Origin: an uncultured Pseudomonadales bacterium
GTDB lineage: Bacteria; Patescibacteriota; Microgenomatia; UBA1400; UBA1396
Assembly: GCA_964511175.1 (NCBI GenBank)
Contig: CAZEEI010000004.1
Span: 27,401 to 91,400, forward strand
Direction: 5' to 3'
Length of the DNA stretch: 64,000 nt
The position numbers and the translations under genes were made by a program. The notes beneath the pieces were generated by a model. That model searched no databases, was not told the DNA's origin, and worked only from the letters and a program-made list of their open reading frames with translations. Positions 1 to 12,573 of this stretch are shown piece after piece. The first letter of the stretch is position 1. Each line of letters begins with the position of its first letter.

Positions 1-1121
1 AACTCCTCCAGGAAATCAGGCAGAAAAAATTTAATGGCATCTTAACTTGGGCGCCAGATCGCTTGAGTCGCAATGCTGGCGACTTGGGATCTGTGGTGGA
101 TCTCATGGATCAAGGAAAGTTGATAAAAATTCAAACTTACTCTCAAAGTTTCACAAATAGTCCAAACGAAAAATTTCTGCTAATGATTCTCTGCTCACAA
201 GCAAAGCTTGAGAATGATAATAAGGGGCTAAATGTTCAAAGAGGACTAAGGACGAAGTGTTCGATGGGATGGAGACCGAGTATTGCTCCAGTAGGATATC
301 TCAATCAGGCTGGTGATGGTCATAAGGATGAACTAATCATTCTCGACCCCGACCGAGCCTCATTTGTCACTCAAATGTTCGAAAGAGTGGCGAACCAAGG
401 TCATAGCGGTAGAGCGATAAAGCATTGGCTAGACAGAATTGGATTTAAAACCAGAAATGACAAACCGATACCTTTGAGCAAAGTATATTCAACACTAAAT
501 AACTCCTTCTATTATGGAGAATTTGAGTTCCCAGTCGGAAGTGGAACTTGGTATCAAGGCAAACATACGCCACTCGTCACCAAAGAACTTTTCGATAAAG
601 TGCAATCAGTCCTACAAACAGTTCCTAAAGGCTACAAGAATAAAATATTTCCATTTAAAAGTATTTTTCGATGTGGTGGCTGTGGAGGAGGCGTTACGGC
701 GGAAGAAAAGATTCGGAAATTAAAACATGGTGGATACACGAAACACACTTATTACCATTGTGGCAGATCACTAAATTACGAATGTGACGAGCCGTACATT
801 ACCGAAAACGATCTCATTAAGCAATTAATAGCCAATATCGACAAAATCAAATTTAATAACGCTGGAGTGTCACGAAAGATCCAAGAAGATATCGAGCGAT
901 ACCACCGACTCAAATCACAAGTACTTCATCAGGAATACATAGATGGACATCTGGGTGAATTTGAAAGAATTCCCAAAACCTCTGCCGACAAAAACGAAAT
1001 GACCAAGAATTACCTACTTCATATACTCCAAGTTGGAACAGCCGAGGAACGACAAGAAGCACTCACTTTCATCAAAACCAAGTTTATTCTGACTAATAAG
1101 ACGATCGTCATTCAGAAATAG
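1..1121 (+). CDS. Large serine recombinase, 5'-truncated at the window edge (C-terminal recombinase and zinc-ribbon region present)
   Basis: The frame of ORF 63..1121 stays open back to nt 3 and reads ...GILTWAPDRLSRNAGDL.... This is the serine-recombinase 'DRL(S/G)R' motif at the end of the catalytic domain. A downstream Cys cluster (CGGCGGG...YYHCG...C) is typical of the large-serine-recombinase zinc ribbon. Confidence 0.6.
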   Translation, partial: LLQEIRQKKFNGILTWAPDRLSRNAGDLGSVVDLMDQGKLIKIQTYSQSFTNSPNEKFLLMILCSQAKLENDNKGLNVQRGLRTKCSMGWRPSIAPVGYLNQAGDGHKDELIILDPDRASFVTQMFERVANQGHSGRAIKHWLDRIGFKTRNDKPIPLSKVYSTLNNSFYYGEFEFPVGSGTWYQGKHTPLVTKELFDKVQSVLQTVPKGYKNKIFPFKSIFRCGGCGGGVTAEEKIRKLKHGGYTKHTYYHCGRSLNYECDEPYITENDLIKQLIANIDKIKFNNAGVSRKIQEDIERYHRLKSQVLHQEYIDGHLGEFERIPKTSADKNEMTKNYLLHILQVGTAEERQEALTFIKTKFILTNKTIVIQK

Positions 1122-1298
1122 CGACATCTACAGAGTTAGGTGTTCTTCTCGTGGTTTAAAAAGTGGGTGTCCCGTTGGGGTGAATACTACTATTACAGGA
1201 TCTAAAATGCGATTTCGAACAAAATGAAGAAAAATTAGTCGGTGTTATCGAGCTTTTTAGCGCAGGCCTACAGGTCGCGCTGAACCTTACGATATTTG

Positions 1299-1372
1299 TG
1301 ACCCCGGCGAGATTCGAACTCGCGATCTTTTGGATGAAAACCAAATATCCTAGGCCGCTAGACGACGGGGCC
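1299..1372 (-). tRNA. tRNA-Glu (anticodon TTC)
   Basis: The reverse complement reads GGCCCCGTCGTCTAGCGG...TTTGG-TTTTCAT-CCAAA...GCGAGTTCGAATCTCGC-CGGGGTC-A. It has a 7-bp acceptor stem, a TTCGAAT T-loop and anticodon UUC. Confidence 0.85.
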
Positions 1373-1455
1373 GTACATCGGCAGTAACCCTGAATTATAA
1401 CATGGGATTTACTATGAAACTACCTCTTGAAATCCAGGCGTACCAATAAGATAAT

Positions 1456-2636
<1,181 letters not shown>

Positions 2637-2650
2637 CGGAAGGGACTAGT

Positions 2651-3136
2651 ATGCAAATTCAAGTCACCGCTATTTTGTTACAAATGCTTAATTTTGGGTT
2701 AGTGCTGGGCGGTTTGACCTACCTGTTACTCAAACCAGTACGCAAAATTTTGGCGCAGCGAGCTGAACGCATTGCGACAGCTCAAAAGGCCGCGGAAGAG
2801 ACTATTCGCGAAAAAGCAGCGATTGCGGAGTTAAAGGACAAGGCCGCCAAAGAAGCACGTCTCCAAACTAAGGAGTTATTAACCCAGGCTCGTGCCGATG
2901 CCGATCAAAAACATCAAGAATGGTTGGCAGAGGCCAAGGCTGATGTGACTAAGTTGCGGGAAAAAGCCGCCAAATCCCTCGTTGCTGAAAAAGCAGCGCT
3001 AGTGGAGTCAATGCAGGCCGACTTTGCGGAAGCTGTCTTTGCAGTAGCCGGCAGAGTGTTGGGCGCGGAAATCAATACTAAACAACATGACCAGTTAATT
3101 AAGACTGGCCTTAAGGAAATTGCTGCTGCCAACTAA
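2651..3136 (+). CDS. atpF: F-type ATP synthase Fo subunit b
   Basis: N-terminal transmembrane helix followed by a long charged, Ala/Lys/Glu-rich helix. It sits between atpE and atpA. Confidence 0.8.
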   Translation: MQIQVTAILLQMLNFGLVLGGLTYLLLKPVRKILAQRAERIATAQKAAEETIREKAAIAELKDKAAKEARLQTKELLTQARADADQKHQEWLAEAKADVTKLREKAAKSLVAEKAALVESMQADFAEAVFAVAGRVLGAEINTKQHDQLIKTGLKEIAAAN

Positions 3137-3141
3137 ATGAT

Positions 3142-3357
3142 ATGAACCGCGTTATTGTCACCACCGCTGTTAAACTTAGCACCACCCTCAAAAAAGAGGT
3201 TGAGACAACTGTTCGAACCAAGCTTGGACAGACTCCTTATCGGTTAGAAGAAGTCGTTGATCCTAACGTGATTGGCGGGGTTTGCCTACAGTTCAACGCT
3301 AAGATCTATGATGCCACGCTTAAAGCTAAACTGTCTGCTCTACAGGCGGAACGATAA
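3142..3357 (+). CDS. atpH: F-type ATP synthase delta (OSCP) subunit, unusually short (C-terminal domain only)
   Basis: At the atpH position between atpF and atpA. The 71-aa product ends ...[29 protein letters not shown], resembling the delta C-terminal motif (hhGGh.h..gd..hDgSh+.+L..L+..L). The N-terminal alpha-binding domain is absent. Confidence 0.5.
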   Translation: MNRVIVTTAVKLSTTLKKEVETTVRTKLGQTPYRLEEVVDPNVIGGVCLQFNAKIYDATLKAKLSALQAER

Positions 3358-3374
3358 TTCAAAGGAATACTAAC

Positions 3375-4898
3375 ATGGCAAAAAACTCCTTCGTCTCCGA
3401 TCTTAAGAAACAGTTAGCTTCTTTTGAACCAGTTCTAAAACCGCGGGTGGTGGGTGAGGTGATAGCTTTTGGTGATGGAGTGGTGACGGTGTCCGGATTA
3501 GATGACGTCAAGTCCGGCGAGTTAGTTGATTTAGGTCAGGGCGAGCTGGGATTAGTACTCAACCTCAATAAAGAAAGTGTGGGTATTGTTGCTTTAGGCA
3601 CAGCCAGTAATGTTACGGTGGGTCAACTGGTTTACGGTACCGGCCGGATTTTGTCTTTGGGACTGAGTGATCAGGTGTTGGGTAGAGTAATTGACCCCCT
3701 GGGTCGACCTTTGGACGGTAAAGGCGAAATTAAGATCACCCAATATGAAGAGTTGGAAAAAATTGCTCCCGGCGTTATGGCCCGACAGTCGGTTACCGTA
3801 CCACTACAAACCGGTATTAAAGCCATTGATTCCATGATTCCAATTGGCCGAGGTCAACGTGAACTAATTATTGGCGACCGGGCGACCGGTAAATCGGCGA
3901 TTGCTTTGGGTACCATTCTCAACCAGCACGACCAGGATGTTATTTGTGTTTACGTGGCAATCGGCCAGAAACGCAGTTTCTTGGCTCAAACTAGCGCCCT
4001 GCTGGAGCAACGCGGCGCTATGGAATATACTGTTCTAGTTTCCGCTTCGGCCTCAGAAAGTGCCGCCCTGCAATTTTTGGCTCCCTTCGCTGGGGTAGCG
4101 GTGGCCGAGTATTTCCTTAAGCAGGGTAAGGACGTCTTGGTTATTTATGACGACTTATCCAAACATGCGCAGGCTTACCGCGAAGTTTCCCTACTTTTGC
4201 GCCGCCCCTCTGGCCGTGAAGCTTATCCGGGAGACGTTTTCTACTTACACTCGCGCTTACTAGAGCGGGCTTGCCGCCTTAATCCGGCACACGGCGGTGG
4301 TTCCATTACCGCTTTGCCCATTGTTGAGACCCAAGCTAATGACGTGTCAGCCTTCATTCCCACCAACGTCATTTCTATTACCGATGGTCAAATTTATCTG
4401 GAAGCTGATTTATTTAACGCTGGTGTACGCCCGGCCATTAACGTCGGCCTCTCCGTGTCACGGGTAGGTTCGGCGGCTCAGATTAAGGCCATGAAGCAAG
4501 TGGCCGGCCCCATGAAATTGGACTTGGCACAATACCGCGAATTGGAGGCTTTTGCCCAATTCAGTTCCGACCTAGATGCTGCTACTAAAAAACAGCTAGA
4601 CCGTGGCGTGAGAGTGTCGCGTATCCTCAATCAGGGCTGGGATACGCCTCTGCCGGTGGCGGAACAAGTTGCCGTTATTTGGGCGGCCACTCGCGGCCAT
4701 CTGGATAATGTTCAGGCGGAGGTTATTGGTGCCTGGGAACAGGATTTTTTGACCTATTTGCGTGATATCGCTCAGGATTTATTAACAACCATTGCCCAAG
4801 AAAAAAAGCTAGAGCCCGCGATGGAGAAAAAGTTGGAGCAGGTGGTTGCCGCTTTCAATGAACAGCATCCTGAGTGGCTTCTGGCTGCTGAGGAATAA
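3375..4898 (+). CDS. atpA: F-type ATP synthase F1 alpha subunit
   Basis: Walker A GDRATGKS. High overall identity to AtpA over 507 aa. Confidence 0.95.
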   Translation: MAKNSFVSDLKKQLASFEPVLKPRVVGEVIAFGDGVVTVSGLDDVKSGELVDLGQGELGLVLNLNKESVGIVALGTASNVTVGQLVYGTGRILSLGLSDQVLGRVIDPLGRPLDGKGEIKITQYEELEKIAPGVMARQSVTVPLQTGIKAIDSMIPIGRGQRELIIGDRATGKSAIALGTILNQHDQDVICVYVAIGQKRSFLAQTSALLEQRGAMEYTVLVSASASESAALQFLAPFAGVAVAEYFLKQGKDVLVIYDDLSKHAQAYREVSLLLRRPSGREAYPGDVFYLHSRLLERACRLNPAHGGGSITALPIVETQANDVSAFIPTNVISITDGQIYLEADLFNAGVRPAINVGLSVSRVGSAAQIKAMKQVAGPMKLDLAQYRELEAFAQFSSDLDAATKKQLDRGVRVSRILNQGWDTPLPVAEQVAVIWAATRGHLDNVQAEVIGAWEQDFLTYLRDIAQDLLTTIAQEKKLEPAMEKKLEQVVAAFNEQHPEWLLAAEE

Positions 4899-4903
4899 AC
4901 GCT

Positions 4904-5779
4904 GTGCCAAATACTCGATTAATCAGGCGTCGTATTCGATCGGCGCAGAATATCGCCAAAATAACCAAGGCCATGGAGATGGTTTCGGCTTCCAAGATGC
5001 GCCGTGCTCAGGAACAGGTTAAGGCCTCCCAACCTTATGCCAACCGCCTGGCCACTATCCTCCACGCCATCGGTCAGCAAAGCGATCCCAGCCTCCACCC
5101 TTTGCTGCGAACCGGTATTGGCGGTAATCCAGCTTTACTGCTTATCTCGACTGATCGAGGATTATGCGGTAGCTTAAACGTAAATTTATTCAAAATGGTC
5201 CTTGAGTTTCAGGAGAAAAACCCGCAAGTTACGGTTATTGCGGTGGGCAAGAAAGCCCAGGAATTCGCTAACCGCATTGGCTTAAACCTGGATGCTTCTT
5301 TTGCCAATTTGGCAGAAAAACCCGGCTTAGGTGACGTTTTGCCGATTGCTCAATTAGTAACGACCGGTTTTATGGAAGGCAAATTTGCCTCAGTCGATGT
5401 CTTACACATGGAGTTTATTAACACTCTCACCCAGAAACCTCAGCTGACCAATTTGTTACCACTCAAACCTTCCTTTAACGGTGCTGTTCAGGCGGTTCAA
5501 TCTGCCGCCAGCGAATACCTGTTTGAACCCAGCGCCACCGAGGTTTTGGCCGATCTATTGCCTTATTATTTAGAAACCACCATCTACCAGCTATTGCTTG
5601 ACGCCAAAGCCTCCGAACACAGTGCGCGTATGGTTTCGATGCAAAGTGCTAGTAACAACGCCAATGATGTAGTTAATTCCTTACGTCTGGAGTACAACAA
5701 AGGACGGCAAGCTAGTATTACTAAAGAGTTATTAGAAATTACCACGGCCAGCTTAACCCTGTCCGTCGATCAGAAATAA
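4904..5779 (+). CDS. atpG: F-type ATP synthase F1 gamma subunit
   Basis: N-terminal IRRRIRSAQNIAKITKAMEMVSASKMRRAQ and a C-terminal coiled coil. It sits between atpA and atpD. Confidence 0.9.
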   Translation: MPNTRLIRRRIRSAQNIAKITKAMEMVSASKMRRAQEQVKASQPYANRLATILHAIGQQSDPSLHPLLRTGIGGNPALLLISTDRGLCGSLNVNLFKMVLEFQEKNPQVTVIAVGKKAQEFANRIGLNLDASFANLAEKPGLGDVLPIAQLVTTGFMEGKFASVDVLHMEFINTLTQKPQLTNLLPLKPSFNGAVQAVQSAASEYLFEPSATEVLADLLPYYLETTIYQLLLDAKASEHSARMVSMQSASNNANDVVNSLRLEYNKGRQASITKELLEITTASLTLSVDQK

Positions 5780-5790
5780 AAGGAGATTAG

Positions 5791-7179
<1,389 letters not shown>

Positions 7180-7181
7180 TT

Positions 7182-7631
7182 ATGGCCAACCAGACGCTAC
7201 AGCTAACTATTGTAACCCAAGAGCGCTTGCTGCTAGAGCGTGAGGTGGAATCTTTGACCTTAATGACCACTTCTGGCGAGATTACGGTTTTGCCAGGGCA
7301 TATCCCTCTGTTTACGCGTTTGGCCGATGGTGAACTAATCTACCGCTGGACCCAAGATGGCAAACCGGCTTCCGAGTCTTACGCGGTAGTAGGTGGTTTT
7401 GCGGACATTAGCGCCAGCGGTAAAGTAACCGTGCTGGCCGACCACGCCATTCGTGCTGAAGACATTAGTGAGGCCAAGGCAGAGGAAGCGCGCCGGTTGG
7501 CTGAAGAAGCCATGAAAAATCGCCAATCGGAAGTTGAATTTCGTCTAGCGGAAGCAGCAATGCGCCGCGCTATGGCCGAAATCCGCACTGCTGCGCGTAA
7601 AAAGGCGGGCAAGTCCGGACCAGGCATCTAA
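7182..7631 (+). CDS. atpC: F-type ATP synthase F1 epsilon subunit
   Basis: Beta-sandwich N-terminal region and helical C-terminus. Last gene of the atp operon. Confidence 0.8.
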   Translation: MANQTLQLTIVTQERLLLEREVESLTLMTTSGEITVLPGHIPLFTRLADGELIYRWTQDGKPASESYAVVGGFADISASGKVTVLADHAIRAEDISEAKAEEARRLAEEAMKNRQSEVEFRLAEAAMRRAMAEIRTAARKKAGKSGPGI

Positions 7632-7679
7632 AATAAATTTCAGCCAAGTCTAGTTCGGCAGTGGTAGAATGGTTAAACC

Positions 7680-8807
7680 ATGTCCCACACCATTTTGATT
7701 AGCGGTGGTCATTTGACGCCAGCCCTAGCTACTATCGAGTATCTCCAAAAACACCATCCCGAAGTTAAGCTGGTTTTTGTGGGCCGTCGCTATTCGCAGG
7801 AGAAACAGCACCAACTGGCCAAAGAAGAAGAAATGGCCCAGACGCTACAAATCCCTTTTTACGCAATCGAGGCGCCCAAGTTTCACCGCACTAACTGGTG
7901 GCGCAATTTGGAGGAAGTTGGCAAAATTATTCCCGCTTTTTGGCGTTCTTATCACATTTTGATTAAGGAAAATGTCGACTTGTTCCTTTCCTTTGGCGGA
8001 TATCTGGCTGTGCCGGTAGCTATGGTAGCCAAAGTACTGCGCAAAAAAGTGATTACCCACGAACAGACCAAAACAACCGGCCTAGCCAACGAGTTTATTG
8101 CGCTAATTGCGGACCAGGTAGCAATTGCCTTTGCCGAATCGCGGCGTTATTATCCAGCGGCGAAAACAGTTTTAACCGGCAATCCCATTCGCAGTTCCAT
8201 TCTGCGCTCCTACACCCGCCCACCCAGCTGGCTGCCCAGCAGTAAAAAACCAATCCTCTATGTTACCGGCGGCAGCCAGGGATCACAGGTCATCAATAAT
8301 ACGGTGGGGCTGATTTTACCTGAGCTAACCAAAAAGTTTTTAGTTGTCCATCAATGCGGCCAGAGTGAACACCATCGCTACCGGCATGAATTTGAAGAAC
8401 GCGCCGAAGCTTTGGCTCCAGAACAAGCTAGTCAGTACGTGGTGCGCGAATGGATTGAGGAAAAGGAGGTGAGTTGGCTGTTTCAACACGCGGCACTTAT
8501 TTTGAGCCGTTCGGGCGCTAACACCGTGTTGGAGGTCATGCTGCACGCGGTACCTGCCATTTTTGTCCCCCTACCTTTTGCCCATAACAACGAACAATAC
8601 AAAAACGCCCAAAAACTCGAAGATGCTGGGGTAGCACTAATTCTAGAACAAAAAGATCTGTCGCCAGAGACGCTTTTGGACACCATTTGGCTGGCTTCAT
8701 CCCAGCGGGCTGCCATGCGTCGGCGCGGTGAAAAACTAGCAGCCGAAATAGCTACCGATGGAGCCAAAAAACTAGGTGAACTTTGCCTGGATTTATTATC
8801 ATCTTAA
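7680..8807 (+). CDS. murG: Undecaprenyl-PP-MurNAc-pentapeptide-UDP-GlcNAc GlcNAc transferase (GT28)
   Basis: N-terminal ISGGHLTPALA glycine-rich motif and a C-terminal GT-B domain (YVTGGSQGS...). It lies immediately upstream of ftsQ/ftsA/ftsZ. Confidence 0.8.
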   Translation: MSHTILISGGHLTPALATIEYLQKHHPEVKLVFVGRRYSQEKQHQLAKEEEMAQTLQIPFYAIEAPKFHRTNWWRNLEEVGKIIPAFWRSYHILIKENVDLFLSFGGYLAVPVAMVAKVLRKKVITHEQTKTTGLANEFIALIADQVAIAFAESRRYYPAAKTVLTGNPIRSSILRSYTRPPSWLPSSKKPILYVTGGSQGSQVINNTVGLILPELTKKFLVVHQCGQSEHHRYRHEFEERAEALAPEQASQYVVREWIEEKEVSWLFQHAALILSRSGANTVLEVMLHAVPAIFVPLPFAHNNEQYKNAQKLEDAGVALILEQKDLSPETLLDTIWLASSQRAAMRRRGEKLAAEIATDGAKKLGELCLDLLSS

Positions 8808-8808
8808 A

Positions 8809-9504
8809 ATGCACTGGCGCCGTTTATTATTGGCTGGGATTTTGTTGGTTGTTTTGGTTGGCTTATGCCTGGCTCGACCGCGGTTAGTAGTGTGTCTCAC
8901 TACGGAACATACTTACTGTCCCAATCAACTACAGGAATTGACCCACACCCTGGCTAATCATTCCTTCTTCTGGGCGCCGCACTACTATGCCCAGTTATCA
9001 ACTCAGGCCGCAGTGCAAGAACCAGCTCTGGCTCAATTAAGTTTCCGACGTCGTTGGGATTGGTCGATTATGGCTACGGCTGAAATGAGTCCAATTGTTC
9101 TGCCCATCCAAGTTAACGGTCAAGACTATGCGGTGCGCGCGAACGGCTGGGTGACCACGAGTGATTACGTTGCCCAGCCACTTTTTATTCTGGTCAACCC
9201 TGATCAATGGCTTAATACCAGCCGTTCGCGCATCCAAGGATTAACTCCCCAAGAGCTGCAAAATCTCAGCAAGCTCTATCAACAGTACCAGCAGTTTACG
9301 CCGCGCGTAACCAAAATAACTCTTCATTCGCTCACCGAACTCAACCTCTCTCTTGAAGGAAAATCACCAATAATCGTCCGTGCTGATGAGGAAGCTTGGT
9401 TGGAACCACAGCTTACCGCTTTACAAGGGTTTTTTCGCTCCTCTACAATAGCCACAGACTACCAGGAAGTTGATGCCCGGTTTACAGATTTGGTGGTTCG
9501 GTGA
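8809..9504 (+). CDS. ftsQ: Cell division protein FtsQ/DivIB-like (single TM plus POTRA-like region)
   Basis: Position between murG and ftsA. An N-terminal basic stretch and a TM helix (RRLLLAGILLVVLVGLCLA). The ATG at 8809 follows the murG stop. The family call is by synteny. Confidence 0.5.
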   Translation: MHWRRLLLAGILLVVLVGLCLARPRLVVCLTTEHTYCPNQLQELTHTLANHSFFWAPHYYAQLSTQAAVQEPALAQLSFRRRWDWSIMATAEMSPIVLPIQVNGQDYAVRANGWVTTSDYVAQPLFILVNPDQWLNTSRSRIQGLTPQELQNLSKLYQQYQQFTPRVTKITLHSLTELNLSLEGKSPIIVRADEEAWLEPQLTALQGFFRSSTIATDYQEVDARFTDLVVR

Positions 9505-9507
9505 AAT

Positions 9508-10821
9508 ATGTCTAAAACTAAAGTTGTTTCCGCAATTGATATTGGTACAACCAAAATTTGTACGCTAATTGCTGTAATCGAAGAGGGTGGGCAATTGCGG
9601 GTAGTGGGGGCTTCGGCCGTTCAGAGTCAGGGTATCAACAAAAGCCAGATTGTTGATTTAGAGAAAACGACTACTGTCTTAACCGAAAGCGTGGATGCGG
9701 CAGAGCGTATGGCCGGCTTTAGTATTTCCCAAGCTTTTGTTTCGGTTAACGGCCAACATATTGAATCGCAAAACTCCAAAGGGGTAGTGGCGGTGGCTAA
9801 TCCTAATGGGGATATTACTGCAGAAGACGTAGAACGGGTGGTAGAGGCGGCGCGGGCGGTTTCTTTGCCCTCTAACCGTGAAATTCTGCACGTTATTCCT
9901 ACTAGTTATAAAGTAGATTCGCAGGAAGGGATCAAAGATCCCATTGGCATGTCTGGCGTGCGCCTGGAAACTACCGCCCACATCATCACTGGCTCCTCCA
10001 CAGTACTGAAAAACATCCGTAAATGTATGGAGCACCTCGGCATCCAAGTAGCAGCCTTTGTCTTTTCCGGATTGGCCGCTTCTTACGCGGTGCTTTCGGA
10101 TACAGAAAAAGAATTGGGTGTTGTTTTGGCCGATATCGGTGGTGGTTCGACCGCCCTCAGCGCCTACGTGGAAGGCGCCCTGGCTTATTCAGGAGTGGTA
10201 CCAGTTAGCGCTACCCACGTTACTAAAGACATTGCTTTAGGTTCGCGGGTTAGCATTCCGGCAGCGGAAAAAATTAAAATAGCCCTAACTAGTCAATCAA
10301 TACCGGATAATGTCACCCGTTTACCCAACGAGTCGCGCGAAGACGCCCGCAAACGCCGCAAACAAGCTGACCAGATCGATCTCCAATCTTTGGGGATTGC
10401 CGAAGAAACACGCTATTTGTCTCGCCAAACTTTGGTCGATGGTATTATTCTGCCGCGGCAGAAGGAAATTTTCGAGCTAATCGCTAAGGAACTGGAACAG
10501 TACAAATTGCTGGCCGAAGTACCCTCCGGCATCGTTTTGACCGGTGGCGGCGCGGAGACGGTGGGTATGACCGATGCCGCCCGCAAGGTTCTAAACTTCT
10601 CCGCCCATATCGGTAAACCACGTGGTTTACGTGGCCTAATCGATGAAATTGAGACACCAGCTTATGCGGCTGCCATGGGTCTATTATTGTTTGGACGCGA
10701 GTATGGCCAATTACAGCAGGTTGCCGCAAACGGTTTCTCTTTAACCAATTTAACTAAATATATCAATACCGGTGCAATGGCATCCTGGTTGAAGAAAATC
10801 TTCAAAGCCGTTTTACCGTAG
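9508..10821 (+). CDS. ftsA: Cell division protein FtsA (actin-like ATPase)
   Basis: AIDIGTTKICTLIA phosphate-1 motif and DIGGGST phosphate-2 motif. Directly upstream of ftsZ. Confidence 0.85.
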   Translation: MSKTKVVSAIDIGTTKICTLIAVIEEGGQLRVVGASAVQSQGINKSQIVDLEKTTTVLTESVDAAERMAGFSISQAFVSVNGQHIESQNSKGVVAVANPNGDITAEDVERVVEAARAVSLPSNREILHVIPTSYKVDSQEGIKDPIGMSGVRLETTAHIITGSSTVLKNIRKCMEHLGIQVAAFVFSGLAASYAVLSDTEKELGVVLADIGGGSTALSAYVEGALAYSGVVPVSATHVTKDIALGSRVSIPAAEKIKIALTSQSIPDNVTRLPNESREDARKRRKQADQIDLQSLGIAEETRYLSRQTLVDGIILPRQKEIFELIAKELEQYKLLAEVPSGIVLTGGGAETVGMTDAARKVLNFSAHIGKPRGLRGLIDEIETPAYAAAMGLLLFGREYGQLQQVAANGFSLTNLTKYINTGAMASWLKKIFKAVLP

Positions 10822-10892
10822 ATTTACCATAACTTGATCTTGCATTCTCTCTGGTGTTCGTTATGATGAAGCCAGCACTTTAAGGACACCTT

Positions 10893-12185
10893 ATGGGATT
10901 AGTAAAACCAAAAACTAACTCTTTCGCTAAAATCAAAGTGGTTGGGGTCGGCGGTGGCGGCGGCAACGCAGTCAGCTCTATGGTGGCTACCCAGACTATT
11001 GAGGGTGTTGAGTTTGTGGCCATTAACACCGATGCCCAAGCCTTACTGGTCAATAAAGCCGAAAGTAAATTACAGATCGGCAGTAACTATACCAAGGGAT
11101 TGGGATCTGGCGCTGATCCGGAGGTGGGTCGTCAAGCAGCGGAAGAATCACGCGATAAAATCAAAGAGCTCATGTATGACACCGATATGGTGTTTATCAC
11201 GGCCGGCATGGGCGGCGGTACTGGCACCGGCGCTTCGCCAATCGTGGCGGAAATGGCTAAAGAAGTGGGCGCTTTAACTGTAGCGGTGGTAACCAAACCC
11301 TTTTTGTTTGAGGGAATGCGGCGTTCTACGGTGGCGGACGAGGGGATTGAGGCTCTCCGGGAATTTGTTGATACCCTAATTGTTATTCCTAACCAGCGCC
11401 TACTGGATGTAGTTAATCCCCAAATGACCCTACTCGACGCTTTTCATTTGGCTGATTCAGTGCTGGGACAAGGTGTGCAAGGTATTTCTGACTTAATTAC
11501 CAAACCAGGGCTAGTTAACGTTGATTTTGCCGACGTGCGCACCATTATGCTTGATTCTGGCAATGCTCTAATGGGTATCGGTGAAGCGGCGGGTGAAAAC
11601 CGTGCGGTAATCGCCGCCCGTGCCGCTATTGCTTCGCCACTGTTGGACGTTGCCATCAATGGCGCCAAGGGTATCCTTTTTAACATTACTGGTGGTCCCA
11701 ACATGACCCTGCCGGAAGTCTCTGAGGCTTCCATGATTATCAACCAGGCCGCTGATCCAGACGCTAATATTATTTTTGGGGCCACGATTGACGAAAATCT
11801 TGGCGACAAATTGAAGATTTCGGTTATCGCTACCGGCTTTGATAACACTGGTTACGCCCAAAACGCCTACCGCCGACCTCATTTTGGTGCTTACGACCGT
11901 AGTGCTAAAACTCAAACGTCAACCGTCCCTCTACCACTGAGTGCTTACGGCATTACTCCTCCTCCGCCGGCAGAAGAGGAAATCCAGCCGCTCCAACACA
12001 ATACCGTTAAAATTCGGCCGGCCAAAGATCAAAGTCTTTTTACCGCTCCGGTAAACACCGCACCGGAACCAACTACAACTGTCTCAACTGCGACCAATGC
12101 GGATGAAGTAGGAAGTGAAACCACGATCACCCCCGTAGAAGACGAATTTGATATTCCGGCTTTTCTGCGGCGCAATCAGAATTAG
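10893..12185 (+). CDS. ftsZ: Cell division GTPase FtsZ
   Basis: Tubulin signature GGGTGTG, a T7 loop, an N-terminal GVGGGGGNA motif and a C-terminal DIPAFLRR peptide. Confidence 0.95.
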   Translation: MGLVKPKTNSFAKIKVVGVGGGGGNAVSSMVATQTIEGVEFVAINTDAQALLVNKAESKLQIGSNYTKGLGSGADPEVGRQAAEESRDKIKELMYDTDMVFITAGMGGGTGTGASPIVAEMAKEVGALTVAVVTKPFLFEGMRRSTVADEGIEALREFVDTLIVIPNQRLLDVVNPQMTLLDAFHLADSVLGQGVQGISDLITKPGLVNVDFADVRTIMLDSGNALMGIGEAAGENRAVIAARAAIASPLLDVAINGAKGILFNITGGPNMTLPEVSEASMIINQAADPDANIIFGATIDENLGDKLKISVIATGFDNTGYAQNAYRRPHFGAYDRSAKTQTSTVPLPLSAYGITPPPPAEEEIQPLQHNTVKIRPAKDQSLFTAPVNTAPEPTTTVSTATNADEVGSETTITPVEDEFDIPAFLRRNQN

Positions 12186-12192
12186 GAGATTA

Positions 12193-12546
12193 GTGACCGA
12201 ACAAACAACTTACGCGAAACTATACGCGGCTTTGCACAATAAACCGTTGCTTTTGGCAGCTATTCTTGACAAAAAAGATGGTACGGTGGGTCTTATTCCA
12301 CCTGAGCAATACAGTCATCGTCTAGATGAAAAAGTGCGCGTTCCTTCTGAAGTAGGGCGACACCTCGCAACATCATATCGTGACTCATTACACTTATTAC
12401 CCATCGGTATGTTTATTGAACATATGATTCTTGGAGTTAATCGCGTCGAAGAGAAAGATGGAAAGATGATCTTACCTTCGGCGATCCTCGTCCTTTATTT
12501 GGTAAGAAGACTTGCCGCAATTGAGGCTATTAACTACAACCGCTAA
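12193..12546 (+). CDS. Hypothetical protein downstream of ftsZ
   Basis: GTG start with an AGGAG RBS 5-9 nt upstream. 117 codons with no recognisable motif. Position after ftsZ. Confidence 0.3.
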   Translation: MTEQTTYAKLYAALHNKPLLLAAILDKKDGTVGLIPPEQYSHRLDEKVRVPSEVGRHLATSYRDSLHLLPIGMFIEHMILGVNRVEEKDGKMILPSAILVLYLVRRLAAIEAINYNR

Positions 12547-12573
12547 CTATATCGCCAAGTCGCAAATGTTATA

